A DNA stretch of 63,984 bases, filler included, from Stramenopiles sp. TOSAG23-2 (lineage: Eukaryota), in the NCBI GenBank assembly GCA_900128395.1. It is 5 parts of 5 records of this genome, joined end to end, with 100 filler letters (N's around TTAATTAATTAA, not from the genome) between each part and the next. Parts side by side here need not be neighbours in the genome. Positions count along the whole stretch, not along the records: positions 39,043 to 51,896 come from LT649831.1; positions 51,997 to 63,984 come from LT649885.1; 3 more parts are not named here. The stretch is one strand, 5' to 3'. Under the pieces are notes generated by a model that did no database searches, was not told the origin of the DNA, and saw only the letters and a program-made list of their open reading frames with translations. The translations under genes were made by a program, and so were the position numbers. Shown here piece by piece: positions 45,069 through 57,485 of the stretch (its first letter is position 1; the number at the start of each line of letters is the position of its first letter).

Positions 45069-48000
45069 TCAAAAAATCATATTCAAGATAAATTGCATTG
45101 CAAATGTAAATGCAGTATTAAACAATTGAATCGTGAACATCGAAGTCCAAAATTCATCTTTGCCCTCACTTTGTACTAATTGAAACAATTCACATAATGG
45201 CGGAAAGCCGGTACTGGCTCCAAAATATAAAACATATGCAACTAATCCTGAATAAAATAATAATTTATTCTTCGTCAATGGTTCCATATGTGGTTTGCCA
45301 CTATAATTAACAAAAAATGAGTTTAAAACCATAGTGCAAGTAATTAAAAAGATTCCACTGCTTAAAATATTTGGTTCAAAATCACCATCTCGTTCCATTG
45401 TTGCATCATATGGCAACGTATATCGTTTACAATCATTTAAAACGTAATATAAAGATGTAAAATTTATAATCGTTTGCCCAACAACAGATAATATTTGCTT
45501 CGTTTCAAATATACTTTTTGGAGGTTTCGATTTATCCAAAACTTTAGTTGGCTTGCTTAAGCTATTGAAGAAAAACATAAAGGATATAATCAATGCAAAA
45601 ATTGTAGCTTGTTGGTCTCCTTGCTTAACACCGTGCAAGTACAATGCACTTAATGAATATGCAGAAACTAAGCAATTGATACCTAATATCTTGTACATTT
45701 GTATCGTCGTTGCTAATGTACTACGCCCATGACAAACTACATCAATTACGCAATGAATCGATGAAAATTTTGACGTAAATGGCGCTGCAAGCGATGCATT
45801 GCTTAATTTTTGTGCAGTATTGTTCATATTTATTTCCTCTTGCATTGCTTTTAATCCCCTAGACATGTTATTACTAGTTGGTGACTCTGTTACATTGTTC
45901 ATAATGCTCACTCCAACATCTGCGCGTTTTAATGCACTGACATCGTTGGTACCATCACCGCACATTAATGTTGTCCCAATTTTTTTAAAATAGATAATCA
46001 ATCGTTCCTTATCAATCGGTGATACACGGGCAAAAACATTTGCATATTTTGTCGCTTCAATTTTACCATTATTATCTAATTTGGAAAGTGCACTTCCACT
46101 TATACACAAAGCATAATTTTTAGAATGGTCATTATGTAATTTTTCAAACATTTTATGGTCCGTATATTTCATAGTTGCTTGAGCAGGATCGTTGCTATTT
46201 ACGGATATCCACATTAATTTCTTTGTCGTTTTATCCATTTTCAATATTAACCAAATTGGATTGGAAGATAAAACTAAACCGCTACGAACCGCAACATCGC
46301 ATGCGGTATATTCATTATCACCAGTGATCATAATGATACGTTCCATTGCATCATGTAGATGCAAAAGCGTTTTCTTCGTCTCTTTTTTCAATGGAGATGT
46401 CATTACTAGAAAGCCGGGGCAATTTAAATTTTGTTCAACATCTTCGCGCTTTAAACCATTACAATCGCTTCGACTCGTATTGTCACTCATGTAACGATAT
46501 CCTAGTGCTAAAACACGTTTACCTTCTTTCGTATGCGTTTCAAATTGTGTTTTATATATTGCATCTGTCTTTGCATCCCGAGAGGATAATAACGTTTGTA
46601 TAATTTCCGGAGCGCCCTTTGTAACTATTAAAAATTTTGTTTTGTTGTTATCCTTCAATGTTACTTTCACGATACATGACATGCGTTTTAATGCCGATGA
46701 AAAATTAAAACGTCTAATTATTTTTATAGATTTAATTGTATTATTATCATTCGCCAATTGTTTTGAACCGGCTAAAATTTCGCCGTTTTCTTTCAATTTA
46801 AAACCGACGCTGCGCAAAATAGATTTTTCCATTGAATCACCAACGATTTTACCATTGACATTTGCCAGTCCATGGCAGCTAGCGCATATACACCATGTTT
46901 CCACGGACGCTTTGGTTATCTTAATCATAGTTGCAACATCATTCTTTCTCTCCTTTACCACAGAAGGAGGTTCTTGTTCTTTTGGTAATGGCAATGGTAC
47001 GGTACCTTCAACTTTTACTTCATCCGCGGTTAACGTACCAGTCTTATCAAAACAACAAATGGTAACAAATCCAGCGTATGGTATTCTCCATTGTTCGGAG
47101 ACAAAAATTTTAATTCGTTGCAAAGATGCAATGGATGTAGTAATGTTCAAAGATAATTGCATAGGCAATTCTGGTGGAATCACGTTTGTAACTATTACAA
47201 TACAATGTAAAAATAGTTTCCATCGATTGCCATAGCGATCATTTAAACTATGTATCATAACATGGCGTGAAGCAAGAATTGCGAAAAACAACAATACTAA
47301 TAAAAATTTGATAGTGTCAAAATCAATCTCTGCATTTGTATCGCTATGGAAAAAAATACTACGCATGATTTCTCCTTCTTTTGTCATAAATCCAGTACGT
47401 ATGCAATATGCTACACAACGATCTTTTAATAATTTATTACGTTTCTTTGGTGCATCTGTTTTCACGCTACTACCATTCTCATTACTATTACTGTTATTTA
47501 AATTGTTTTTTGGGCAACGTGTTATTGTCGTACCAGCATACAATGTATGATTGGATGATGTTGCATTATTACTACTTGTTGTAAAATCACATGGTGTCTT
47601 CCATTTATAATCGGATTCTCCCGTAAGCATTGCTTCATTTACAAGTACACTACCATTCAATAATACAGCATCACATGGAAATGTTTTATTATTACTATTA
47701 TTTCCACCATTACTACTATTATCAGTTAGATTATCGTTACCTTTGTTATTATTATTATTGAAAAATGTTTTTTTCACATCAATTAAATCTCCAGGTAATA
47801 TATGATGGCTACTTATATCTACCCATGTATTGTTTCGATATACACATACTTTATATGGATCTTTTAACATTTGTTCCATTTCTTGAAACCCACGATAACG
47901 TTGTATGCTAACAGTCATTTCAAATATCAATATCATTGCAAGCGTAACCAATGAATAGTACCAATATTCATCCAATGCCCATAACGATACACAAAACACT

Positions 48001-48758
48001 TGAAAAATGAAAAATGGCGATAGTAATTGTCCAAATAAAACATTTAAATATGGACGTTTTGGTACACTATATTTATTTGGACCAAAATCTTTTTGCAATG
48101 GTTTGACTTTGTTATCGGATAAGCCATTATAATTAGATAATAGGCTTGTCAAATTTAAACTTTGAATCACTTTGTCATTATTAATAGGTTGAAACATTTC
48201 CATTTCAATTTTATTAAATTTATTATTGCTTGTACGTGTATATTTTTGTTTTTGATGGAAAAAAAATTGTTCCTCCACCACTGTTTCCTCGTTATCAACT
48301 GCGGTGATGATAGTATTATATATTGTACATATCATTTTATTGCCTTTATTTGGTGGTGGTGTAATCAATACATGTGTACCTCTTTTCAAAATCTTTTCGC
48401 TCTTGTCTTTATTATTATTATCACCACAATAACGATATCCAATAATTGCATCAAACTCCACTGACCACATTCTAATTAAAAATGTAAATAAATGAATAAT
48501 ACAAAATGTAACCATAACACCCATAACTTGATATTTATTTGGAAATGCAATAGCCAAGTATCCTTCGTCGTTTAATACAGCAATATAATATATAATCACT
48601 AAAATAATATCCACAACAACAAATGGAAATACATCTAAACGTAATAATGTCGGACGTTGTTCCAATATTTTAATAGATATTTTATTATTTAATAATTCAT
48701 TAATTTTCGTCAATTCCACCGCATCATTAACTGGATTTTTATTAATTGTTTCTACCAT
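45069..48758 (-). CDS. P5A-type P-type ATPase (Spf1/ATP13A1-like)
   Basis: FQVFCV.LW.LDEYWYYS, LTGES, PPELPM, DKTGTLT, KGAPE, MITGDN, GDGTNDV.ALK.A and ASLAAPFTSK. Confidence 0.95.
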   Translation of the reverse strand: MVETINKNPVNDAVELTKINELLNNKISIKILEQRPTLLRLDVFPFVVVDIILVIIYYIAVLNDEGYLAIAFPNKYQVMGVMVTFCIIHLFTFLIRMWSVEFDAIIGYRYCGDNNNKDKSEKILKRGTHVLITPPPNKGNKMICTIYNTIITAVDNEETVVEEQFFFHQKQKYTRTSNNKFNKIEMEMFQPINNDKVIQSLNLTSLLSNYNGLSDNKVKPLQKDFGPNKYSVPKRPYLNVLFGQLLSPFFIFQVFCVSLWALDEYWYYSLVTLAMILIFEMTVSIQRYRGFQEMEQMLKDPYKVCVYRNNTWVDISSHHILPGDLIDVKKTFFNNNNNKGNDNLTDNSSNGGNNSNNKTFPCDAVLLNGSVLVNEAMLTGESDYKWKTPCDFTTSSNNATSSNHTLYAGTTITRCPKNNLNNSNSNENGSSVKTDAPKKRNKLLKDRCVAYCIRTGFMTKEGEIMRSIFFHSDTNAEIDFDTIKFLLVLLFFAILASRHVMIHSLNDRYGNRWKLFLHCIVIVTNVIPPELPMQLSLNITTSIASLQRIKIFVSEQWRIPYAGFVTICCFDKTGTLTADEVKVEGTVPLPLPKEQEPPSVVKERKNDVATMIKITKASVETWCICASCHGLANVNGKIVGDSMEKSILRSVGFKLKENGEILAGSKQLANDNNTIKSIKIIRRFNFSSALKRMSCIVKVTLKDNNKTKFLIVTKGAPEIIQTLLSSRDAKTDAIYKTQFETHTKEGKRVLALGYRYMSDNTSRSDCNGLKREDVEQNLNCPGFLVMTSPLKKETKKTLLHLHDAMERIIMITGDNEYTACDVAVRSGLVLSSNPIWLILKMDKTTKKLMWISVNSNDPAQATMKYTDHKMFEKLHNDHSKNYALCISGSALSKLDNNGKIEATKYANVFARVSPIDKERLIIYFKKIGTTLMCGDGTNDVSALKRADVGVSIMNNVTESPTSNNMSRGLKAMQEEINMNNTAQKLSNASLAAPFTSKFSSIHCVIDVVCHGRSTLATTIQMYKILGINCLVSAYSLSALYLHGVKQGDQQATIFALIISFMFFFNSLSKPTKVLDKSKPPKSIFETKQILSVVGQTIINFTSLYYVLNDCKRYTLPYDATMERDGDFEPNILSSGIFLITCTMVLNSFFVNYSGKPHMEPLTKNKLLFYSGLVAYVLYFGASTGFPPLCELFQLVQSEGKDEFWTSMFTIQLFNTAFTFAMQFILNMIF

Positions 48759-49270
48759 TTTTTTTTTATAAATAAGAACTTTTTGGTTTTTTTTTTGTAA
48801 AAGTTATATTTATATGTATGTATAAAACAAACAAGATAAAATTAATAAAAACAAAACACAATTTAACGCTTGCCCTGAAGAAACAATCGATATATTACGA
48901 ATAAGAAACAACTATATAGTAGAATGCATTCCCAAGAATCTCGTTTTTTTGTAATCCATAGTACTATGCCAGTATGTATTACCTGTAATATCTAATTTTG
49001 TGGTTTAATTATTTGTTGGTGACATAAATTATTGGTGCGCCTTCATTCATTTTCCATATCTACCTATCAAATGACAAAAAGTCTATACTTGAACGGGAAA
49101 GAATGATATAGAATATATCAAGAGAAAATGCTCATCGATTTCCCCTGAAATTACAGTACTTTAAGGTAGAAGTCCAGGGAAGGTTTAGGTTAAAAGTGAA
49201 AATATTAAAAAAAAAAAAAATGAAAATACCAATGTGGAGGTTTTTATATATAATAGTAAATATACATTGT

Positions 49271-49834
49271 TTACGATTTTGATTTCTCCCAAACATTTCC
49301 CGCTTTGATTGATTTCGACTCTTTCTTTTTTGATAAATCACTAGCATCGCGTTGTTCTGGTGTTACTTTGACTCGTGTATCTAATTCTTTCTCCTTTTTC
49401 TTTTTTCGTATCCCTTCTAACCATTCATCAATAATTGTTGTATCTACATTTGCAACTGTAAGCGACTTGAATTCGCCAGAATTACCGGTTTCTACATTAA
49501 GTTTCTCACTTAATGTTTGATCAATAGCACAATATATATCATAGCTTGTTTCAGATTGTAAATTTCCAATTGTATAAATTGCCTTTTTGTCTCCATTTAT
49601 TGTATAATTTAATGTCGAAACAAGGTTAAATAAATTATCATTAATATCTTGAACTTGTGTACCCTCGCGAAAGGCTGCACACTTAATACTATAACTATTT
49701 TGCAGTTCATCTATTTCTACTGTAATCGAAGTAGCCGTATCTTCTCTCTTCCGTAGCTTAATTGCTTGGATATTCACAACATATAACAATAACATGCATA
49801 TGTTGATTATTATGATTAAAATTGAAGATCTCAT
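49271..49834 (-). CDS. Secreted hypothetical protein with an FnIII-like segment
   Basis: Signal peptide. I.NLQSETSYDIYC resembles the FnIII L.P.T.Y motif. Confidence 0.55.
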   Translation of the reverse strand: MRSSILIIIINICMLLLYVVNIQAIKLRKREDTATSITVEIDELQNSYSIKCAAFREGTQVQDINDNLFNLVSTLNYTINGDKKAIYTIGNLQSETSYDIYCAIDQTLSEKLNVETGNSGEFKSLTVANVDTTIIDEWLEGIRKKKKEKELDTRVKVTPEQRDASDLSKKKESKSIKAGNVWEKSKS

Positions 49835-50594
49835 TTTTATCTATCTTAAAAAAATAATATTCGTATGTAGGATGTATGTGTGATATATATATTGTAATAT
49901 TAAATGAATACGTTTAATATTGCAATGTTTTAATTGGTTTTGTTATATAATAATTAAATAATGTCAATTCAATATTGGTTTATATAATGAATGATCTACA
50001 CTTTTCGAACGATTCCTTTTCTTTTTTGTATTTTGCACATGTGTGTCGTCTATAATTCTATGTTTCCTTCTTTTTGTGCATTTTAAAGAGCTTTCGTCAC
50101 ATGTTCTTCATCATCATACATAATTGTTAGTGCTGTGTAGCACTAATTAGTAGACAATTAGACTAATAAACGTTTTAACTTTAACTGACCGGCTGACCGG
50201 CAACAATCTCGAAATTAGTATAACAATTTAGTATACAATATCGTATTTTGATAGGAAAGGAATTGGGCACACTTTATCAGTTTTCTTCGGTTTTATACCA
50301 CCTGTTGTGTTGGTGGTGAACTGGTTGGACAAAATATATATTTTTAGAATACTAATTCAACAGACGACTGCTCTCTCTTTCTTGCCTAACCTACTGTAAC
50401 GCAGACTAAAAAAAGATACAATGTTTTTTATTTATATAAGAAAACCTTAAATAATGGCTCGGGACACTCAAGAAACAAATAGAAGAAAGAATATAATAAT
50501 ACAAAATTAAAATACATTCTCTTACTCTTTTACATAGAGTTTCACTTGTATATAGCATGCAAGCGGGCAAGCCTTACCACCCCCACACCCAGAA

Positions 50595-50836
50595 AACCAT
50601 CATGTAAGGAATGTGCCTCCGGGAAGTACAACCCAAATAAAGCATCAATAAGTGCTAGTTCATGTACGAATTGTGTTGCTGGAAAATACTCTGGAATCAG
50701 TGGCGCAACTACATCTGGCCAGTGCACGGATTGTACCGCTCTGGTAAAGCTTCTAGTTCTCCTGGTGCAATATCCATCAATGCTTGCAATCCATGTGTCG
50801 CTGGAAAATATTCAAATACTGCTAGGACAACATGCC
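50595..50836 (+). pseudogene. Frameshifted fragment of a Cys-rich surface protein (CxxC.AGKY repeats)
   Basis: CKECASGKY...CTNCVAGKYS...CTDCT continues in another frame as SGKAS...CNPCVAGKYS...TC. No credible start or signal peptide. Confidence 0.6.
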
Positions 50837-50998
50837 TATTTACCATTTTATTCATACGCATTTTCACATTTTACTCTATCTCTCATAATATGCTACTCCT
50901 CCAAAAAAAAAATAGAGAATACAGATCACATTGATAAATATAATATATGATTATGATATATATATATCAATAATCATATATAACGATTATTATTATAT

Positions 50999-51430
50999 TC
51001 AACCCATTACACAATCATCCAACGTATCTTCATAACAGAACGATACGGACATCGTGGTAGCAGTTGAAGACATTAATGCTGTTGATGCACATTTGCCATT
51101 TGAATGCTGGAAAGAGTACGCTTGTATACCTTCCATGTCAGTATTTGTCATGATAGCATAGCCACCACCCTTGTCGCCAACATAGGATGCATATGCTGCA
51201 CTTCCTTCAGTCATTGTGCCGAAATTTTGAACATAAGTTTGATTAAAATTTCCCCATACTTTCATACCTTTGCATTCGTAGTTCATTACGATTGCGCCAT
51301 GGGTATCGGTTGGTTGCGTTTTTGCCATAACGCAGGCATTTGTGTCTACAGTAACGCTCTCACAGGTAGGTGCTGCATTGGTTGTTGCAATTAAAGCAAC
51401 CGCAATTAAAAAAAGTACTGTTGTTTTCAT
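50999..51430 (-). CDS. Small secreted Cys-containing protein
   Basis: MKTTVLFLIAVALIATTNA signal peptide (ATG 51430), six Cys and higher GC than its flanks. Confidence 0.75.
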   Translation of the reverse strand: MKTTVLFLIAVALIATTNAAPTCESVTVDTNACVMAKTQPTDTHGAIVMNYECKGMKVWGNFNQTYVQNFGTMTEGSAAYASYVGDKGGGYAIMTNTDMEGIQAYSFQHSNGKCASTALMSSTATTMSVSFCYEDTLDDCVMG

Positions 51431-51896
51431 TGTTTTCAATTTAAATTCAGGGTTGTATATTATTCTTTTTAAATTTTGTAATAGATATATAGTATTATTC
51501 AAAAAAAATTCAACACAAACGTTTCTTTTTATTTGTGTTAAAGTTTATATAATATAATGAACGATAATAATATTGTTTATTTGTTTATATATGTTTTTTT
51601 TGTTTATATTTTCTTTTTTTGTTTATGTCTAACACCTACTAAGTGGCTAAAAATATTAAATATATAATAATAGTAGGTATTACAGTATTATATTATTCGG
51701 GAGGAAAAAAAGAGAAGATTCAAATTGTAGGTGGTTATGGTGAACGACGCGTGCTGTGGCGTGCTGGGCGTGCCAGCGTGCTGGCGTGCCCAATTCTGTG
51801 ATTCGTGATTCTGCGTTAGTCGGCTGAGGTATGTAGAGATCTTGCTGTGTCCATGCTAAATTTGGCGGATCATCACAATTCATACTCTAAGAAGGC

Positions 51897-51996
51897 NNNN
51901 NNNNNNNNNNNNNNNNNNNNNNNNNNNNNNNNNNNNNNNNTTAATTAATTAANNNNNNNNNNNNNNNNNNNNNNNNNNNNNNNNNNNNNNNNNNNN
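51897..51996. other. Artificial contig linker
   Basis: N44-TTAATTAATTAA-N44. Confidence 0.98.
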
Positions 51997-53048
51997 TTTA
52001 TTTGTATTACTTGATATATATGTGTCTACTGTAAATATAATATCATATGTATGCTCTGATGTAGTAAAACACATATCTCTTATTAATTTTCATTGTTTAT
52101 ATCTGTCTGTGTGTGTAATATCCTCGTATATAATAATTATACTGTATACATGAAGAGTGCAATCCAGCAATAGTCGTCTAGAAGGGAGAGCCAGGGAGAG
52201 CTGGAGAGGTGGTGTTGTGTTGATCGTGATGCAGCCTTACAAATTAACACTATACAATATTCACTATTCACTATTTAATAGGAAAGTATTAGGTATATTA
52301 ATATACCAGATTTTGCAAGAAGGATTGTGATTGAAGAAGCGGAAGACGTTATTAGACTACTAAATTTATACCTATTTATGTGTAATATGTGTAATTTTTT
52401 CCATGTATATTACTTGTAATTTTTTCCCTGTATATTACTTGTAATAATTATACATGTAATACAAGCTGGCCCGGCAGATTATTAAATGCGGAAGAGGCGG
52501 AACGAAATCATTAGGATAGGAATAGCATTATATTAGAGTTGAAGGGTAGGGTTCAATGGGACCCAAATTGGATCAAAATATGCCGATTATTGATATTATT
52601 AATATACAAATATCCGCTTTTATTTTGTAAAATGGCATATTTATTCATTTATTTATTTTAAAAAAATGAAATAACAAAATCCTTTTTTGAAATTCATTTT
52701 TTTTTTTTAAATTACGTTCCGCTTGATATCGGTCCCACTAAGTGACTTATAGTGCATTAATTCTATTAATAAATGTATTTAGAAACAATTTAAATTGGTC
52801 TGTGGTAGGTTCAACCGTTGTTGAATGTTGAAATATTTCTTTATATATATATATATATAATTTGTGGGTATTTAGGAATTATTAAACCTTGTATAATATT
52901 TATTTAATAGAAAGTTCAATATATATATATATATAGAGAGAGAGAGAAAGAAAAAAATAGTGGTGTATCGAATTATATTTTTGAATTTATTTATATTTAC
53001 ATTTTTTGTACGTTTTTCCATATTTTTAATAAATAAATCAAAATAACC

Positions 53049-56042
53049 ATGTCCAATAATCAACAAGAACAGTCGTCTAAATCAAATGAATCATCGTCTA
53101 TTAACGAATCGGATTTTGCAGCTGCGATTCAATCACACAATAGCTCCAGCATAGAAGATTACAATGTATTGAAAGCTATTGGTAAAGGAAAATTTTCTGT
53201 CGTATATCGTGCAATAGAAAAAACAAGTGAAAAAATAGTTGCATTGAAACGAATTGCTATTGTTGATATTACAGATGAAAGACAAAGACAAAAAACATTA
53301 AAAGAAGTACGTTTATTGCAACGTTTAGACCATCCAAATATTATTAAATACTTAGATGCGTTTATTGATGAGCATGATTTAATTATTGTATTTGAATGGG
53401 CAGAAGCTGGCGATTTAAAACGACAATTAAGAAAAGCAAGGGAGAAAAAAGTTAGATTTGATGAACGTTTAGTATGGCGTTATTTTTCACAAATATGCAG
53501 TGCAATACAATATATGCATAATATGCGTGTAATGCATCGTGATTTAAAACCAGCAAATATATTTTTAACAGCAAAAGGTCAAGTAAAAGTTGGTGATTTA
53601 GGTTTAAGTCGTGCAGTAAGTTGATCTTGTATCTATATATTGTATGCATATCTATACACACACATATATATATCATCTAACATTTGAATATATATATATA
53701 TACACACATATACAATAAACAAAAAAAAGTTATCTGAAAATACAATGCAAGCACATTCAAAAGTTGGTACACCATTGTATATGTCCCCTGAAGTATTACG
53801 TGGTAAAGGTTATGCATTTAAAAGTGATGTTTGGAGTTTAGGATGTATATTATATGAATTAGCAGTGTTAAAATCACCATTTAAAGAAGAAGGATTAAGT
53901 TTATATGGTTTATTTCAAAAAATTAATAAAGGTAAATATCCAGATGTACCTGCACCATATAGTGATGAATTACGTACAATGGTACATCGAATGTTAGATG
54001 TAGATGTATCAAAACGTGCAACGATTGATGATGTTTGTAATGTATCTAAAAAAATGAGACGTATAACAGAGGAAGCAAGACGTAAACGAAAAGAACAAGA
54101 AGCTGCATTAAAAGCTGAAGAAGCTGCGAAAAAATATGTACAAAAAATTGAAAATAGTAGTGGTGGTAGTGATAATAGTAATAACAATAGTCCAATAACA
54201 ACAAAGGAATTGAACGATAATTATAATAATAATAATAATAATAATACGGATGAAGGCAAAACAAATCATCATACTACTGATAAAAACAATGAAATGAATA
54301 ATAATAATAATGATAGTAATAGTAATACAACTGCTAGTTCAAAATATTCTTCACCAATACGACAAAATGGAAATAACAATAATAATAATAGAATGGAACG
54401 ACGAGCAACTAGTAGTGAACGTAGACGACATAAGAAAAAACGTAATAATGGACCTGTACGAGCAACACCACATCCACCATCGTTTGAACCATCTACTACT
54501 ACAAATAATAATAATAAGAACAACAACAATAGCAGTACGGAAAAAAAAAGAAATATAAACAATATGGCAATGTTATCGCCTGAAAAATACAATCCAAATT
54601 ACAATGGAAGACAACAACAACAACAAGGGCAATCAAAATCAACCAATATTTCTACTTCATCAAATAATTCATCTACAACAGCTTCATCGTCATCTTCCTC
54701 CTCATCCCTTGCACAAGCGACGTCAATCTTATTAATGGAAGAAGCACTTGAAAAATTAAAAGTATTAGGTGATTCAAAATATACAAAAATACAATATACA
54801 CGTGTATATTTTGCTATTGATACCAATAGTAAACAAAATAAAAGTGGTCATAATTTTAATAATCGTTACAATCAATTTCAAGATTTTATACATTTAGCAG
54901 CAGATTTATTAAATGAATTAGATCATCATGTAGATGAAGATGTATTGAATGGGATGCAAAATCCATTGCATACGGTACGTGAAATTTTGGATAGTATGAT
55001 CAAAGTTGGTTTTCCATCAGATGCAGCTGGCGCATTATCCATCACTGCATTAACGCGTGGATATGGGCATGAAGTATGTACAACATTAAATTGGCTATTA
55101 GATCAAGTCTTAAAACGTCGACGATTTAAATGGCGTAGACCAGAATATCCACAAGAAGGATTTGCTATTGAAGCAGAAGTTGATATGGATGCAGAAATGA
55201 ATCATGATGACATGCGAAAAAAAAGTAGTAAGAAAGGTGGTGGTGGTGGTGGTAAAACATCAATAGACAATATAGAGGAAGAAGAAAGTATGAATAAAAA
55301 GAAAGACGACGACGACGACGACGAAGAAGAAGTATTATATAGTGAAATGATTCGTGAAAAATCATATAGTTCCAAACATGATAATGATGATGATGATGAT
55401 GAAGATCGTGAAAAAATGAATAGTGAAGTTGATCCATTAATATGGAAAATTGAATTAGAACGTGTACGGCCACGATTAAAAGTACATAGTATTACTAATG
55501 CAAAAGAATGGCGTACGCATATTGAGCAAAGTAATATACATAGTAACATCGTATCAAATACATTGCCAGATGCAAAACGTTTATTAAATCGTATAACAGA
55601 AAATGTAAAAGATTCCTTAGAACGTGTAACATCACGTGAAAAATATTTAAACAATACATATGAAAAATTAGTAAAGGATTATCAAATTATTATGAAGAAA
55701 ATGAAAGCAATGACATCACGTCAACAAGATACAGGTGATAAAGTTAGTGAATATACAAATGAATTACAAGAAGTGACGGATAAATTAGATATTGTGAAAA
55801 GTACGATGGAGGAACGAGGTAGTAGCATGACAGACACATCACCATTAGTACGTATGAAACGAGCATTGAAACAATTAAAAGAGGAAATTGCTGAAATGGA
55901 TTTACGTATGGGTGTTTTAAGTCATACATTAATGGCAGCAAAAATACGCCATCGTGAAGCAAAGGATGTTATTATCAAGTCAGGAGGGGGCATGAAAACG
56001 AATGGTGGGAGTGAAGATGATGATGATGATGAACATTGGTAA
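53049..56042 (+). CDS. NEK6/7-like kinase fused to an IFT57 domain; exons 53049-53615 and 53730-56042
   Basis: GKGKFS.VY, VALK, HRDLKPAN and GDLGL. The intron 53616-53729 (GTAAGT...CTAAC...AAG) restores DLGLSRA-LSENTMQAHSKVGTPLYMSPE. The C-terminus MEEALEKLKVL, GYGHEVC, WKIELERVRPRLK, KEWRTHIEQ, SREKYLN and ERGSSMTDTSPLV is IFT57. Confidence 0.92.
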
Positions 56043-56260
56043 AAAAATTTGGGATTTAGGGGACTTCTTTTTATTATTTCTAAAATATATTACGAAGTAT
56101 AATATATGTGTGTGTTGTGTGTAAAATTCTTTTTTAAGACGAACCTTCGTAAAATATATATACGTATATATATACGACTTCGTATATATTATCCGATATG
56201 CGGATACGAGTATATATGATACGAAAACACGTATTTTATATAATATCATCTCATCATCTC

Positions 56261-57212
56261 CTATTTACCAGTTTGAAATCCAAGATTTGTTAATGCACGT
56301 TCAGCTTGTGCGCGTATCCTATCATGACTACTATTTGCTAATTGTTCCAATAAATCCACGCCATCGTTTTCCAAAATAATTTTACGATTATTGGAGCATA
56401 CAGATAAATTTCTTAATGCCCTGCATGCTTGTGCTTGTAATTCTTCATTACGAGAACGTACGCAATCTAATATTGGTTCCAGTCCACCATCTGCGTATGC
56501 GAAAAATAATATGAAATGGCAAATTGTATATGTTAGATGTGGAGAAATTTTTTATAGAGGGAAATAGAATGTACTTACATTCACCTATTGCTATTTCATT
56601 ATCATCGTTCACTGCCAAGTTTGCTAATGCTGCAACAGACTCGACACGTACTGCTTCTGTTGATCCAATCGTTAACCGTATCAATGGTTTAATCCCACCT
56701 TTCTCTGCTATTGTTGCTTTGTTATCTGAATTTACTCCTAAGTTTCTGTAAGCGTTTGAAAAATAATAATAATAATAACAACGTGTTAGAAGAGAGAATA
56801 TTTTTCTTTACAATATTCAGGGGAGGGAATGAGGATTCACTTACGCTAATGCCTTTGCAGCTTGACGCTGTATATGTGAATTAGTGGTTTCCAATAATTC
56901 AATTAACATTTCTACACCACCTTCATTTGCCATTTTTATTTGATTATCAGCGTTCACGCTGAGGTTTGCCAAAGCATGTGCAGCTAAACGTTGTACTTCA
57001 TGATCAGTAGAAGCTACTAACGGAAGTAATAATTCTAAACCACCTAATTCTACTATTTGAACTTGTCGCTCTGGCTTTACCGCTTCATTGGCTAATTTTT
57101 CAGCTACTTCTCGTTGTAAAGATGTATCTGCACCTTTTGCATAATGTATTAATTGACGTAATTGTGTACGTAATTGTTTTGTAAATTTTGTATCTTCTTC
57201 GTAGTTTGACAT
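56261..57212 (-). CDS. Short Vac8-like armadillo-repeat protein (254 aa); exons 57212-56845, 56745-56579 and 56490-56261
   Basis: EVQRLAAHALANLSVN, AALANLAVNDDN and ACRALRNLS. Two GTAAGT...CAG introns (99 and 88 nt) give a continuous 765-nt CDS. Confidence 0.88.
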
Positions 57213-57485
57213 TTTTTTATTTTTTATAAAATAATAATTAAATGGGAATAATTATTTGAAAAATGAGAAGAATGCTAAAAAAAAAAAAAACAAAAAAAAA
57301 CTGAATAATTGACAACAAATAAAAATACAAAAAATAACGTTGTAAATGGAAATCGATTATTATTATTATTATTATTATACACGGTGTTTTACAGCTATAT
57401 ATATATATATACTAATTCTATTTTGCTTTTGTGATAATACTACATATACACACATAATATATATGTGAATCGGTGCATTTTTAAT

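Noticed and set aside
12925-51996. Regularly spaced (about 13 kb) TTAATTAATTAA palindromes as a biological element
   Set aside because: Each is centred in N runs and is a contig-concatenation linker. The spacing reflects size-sorted contigs.
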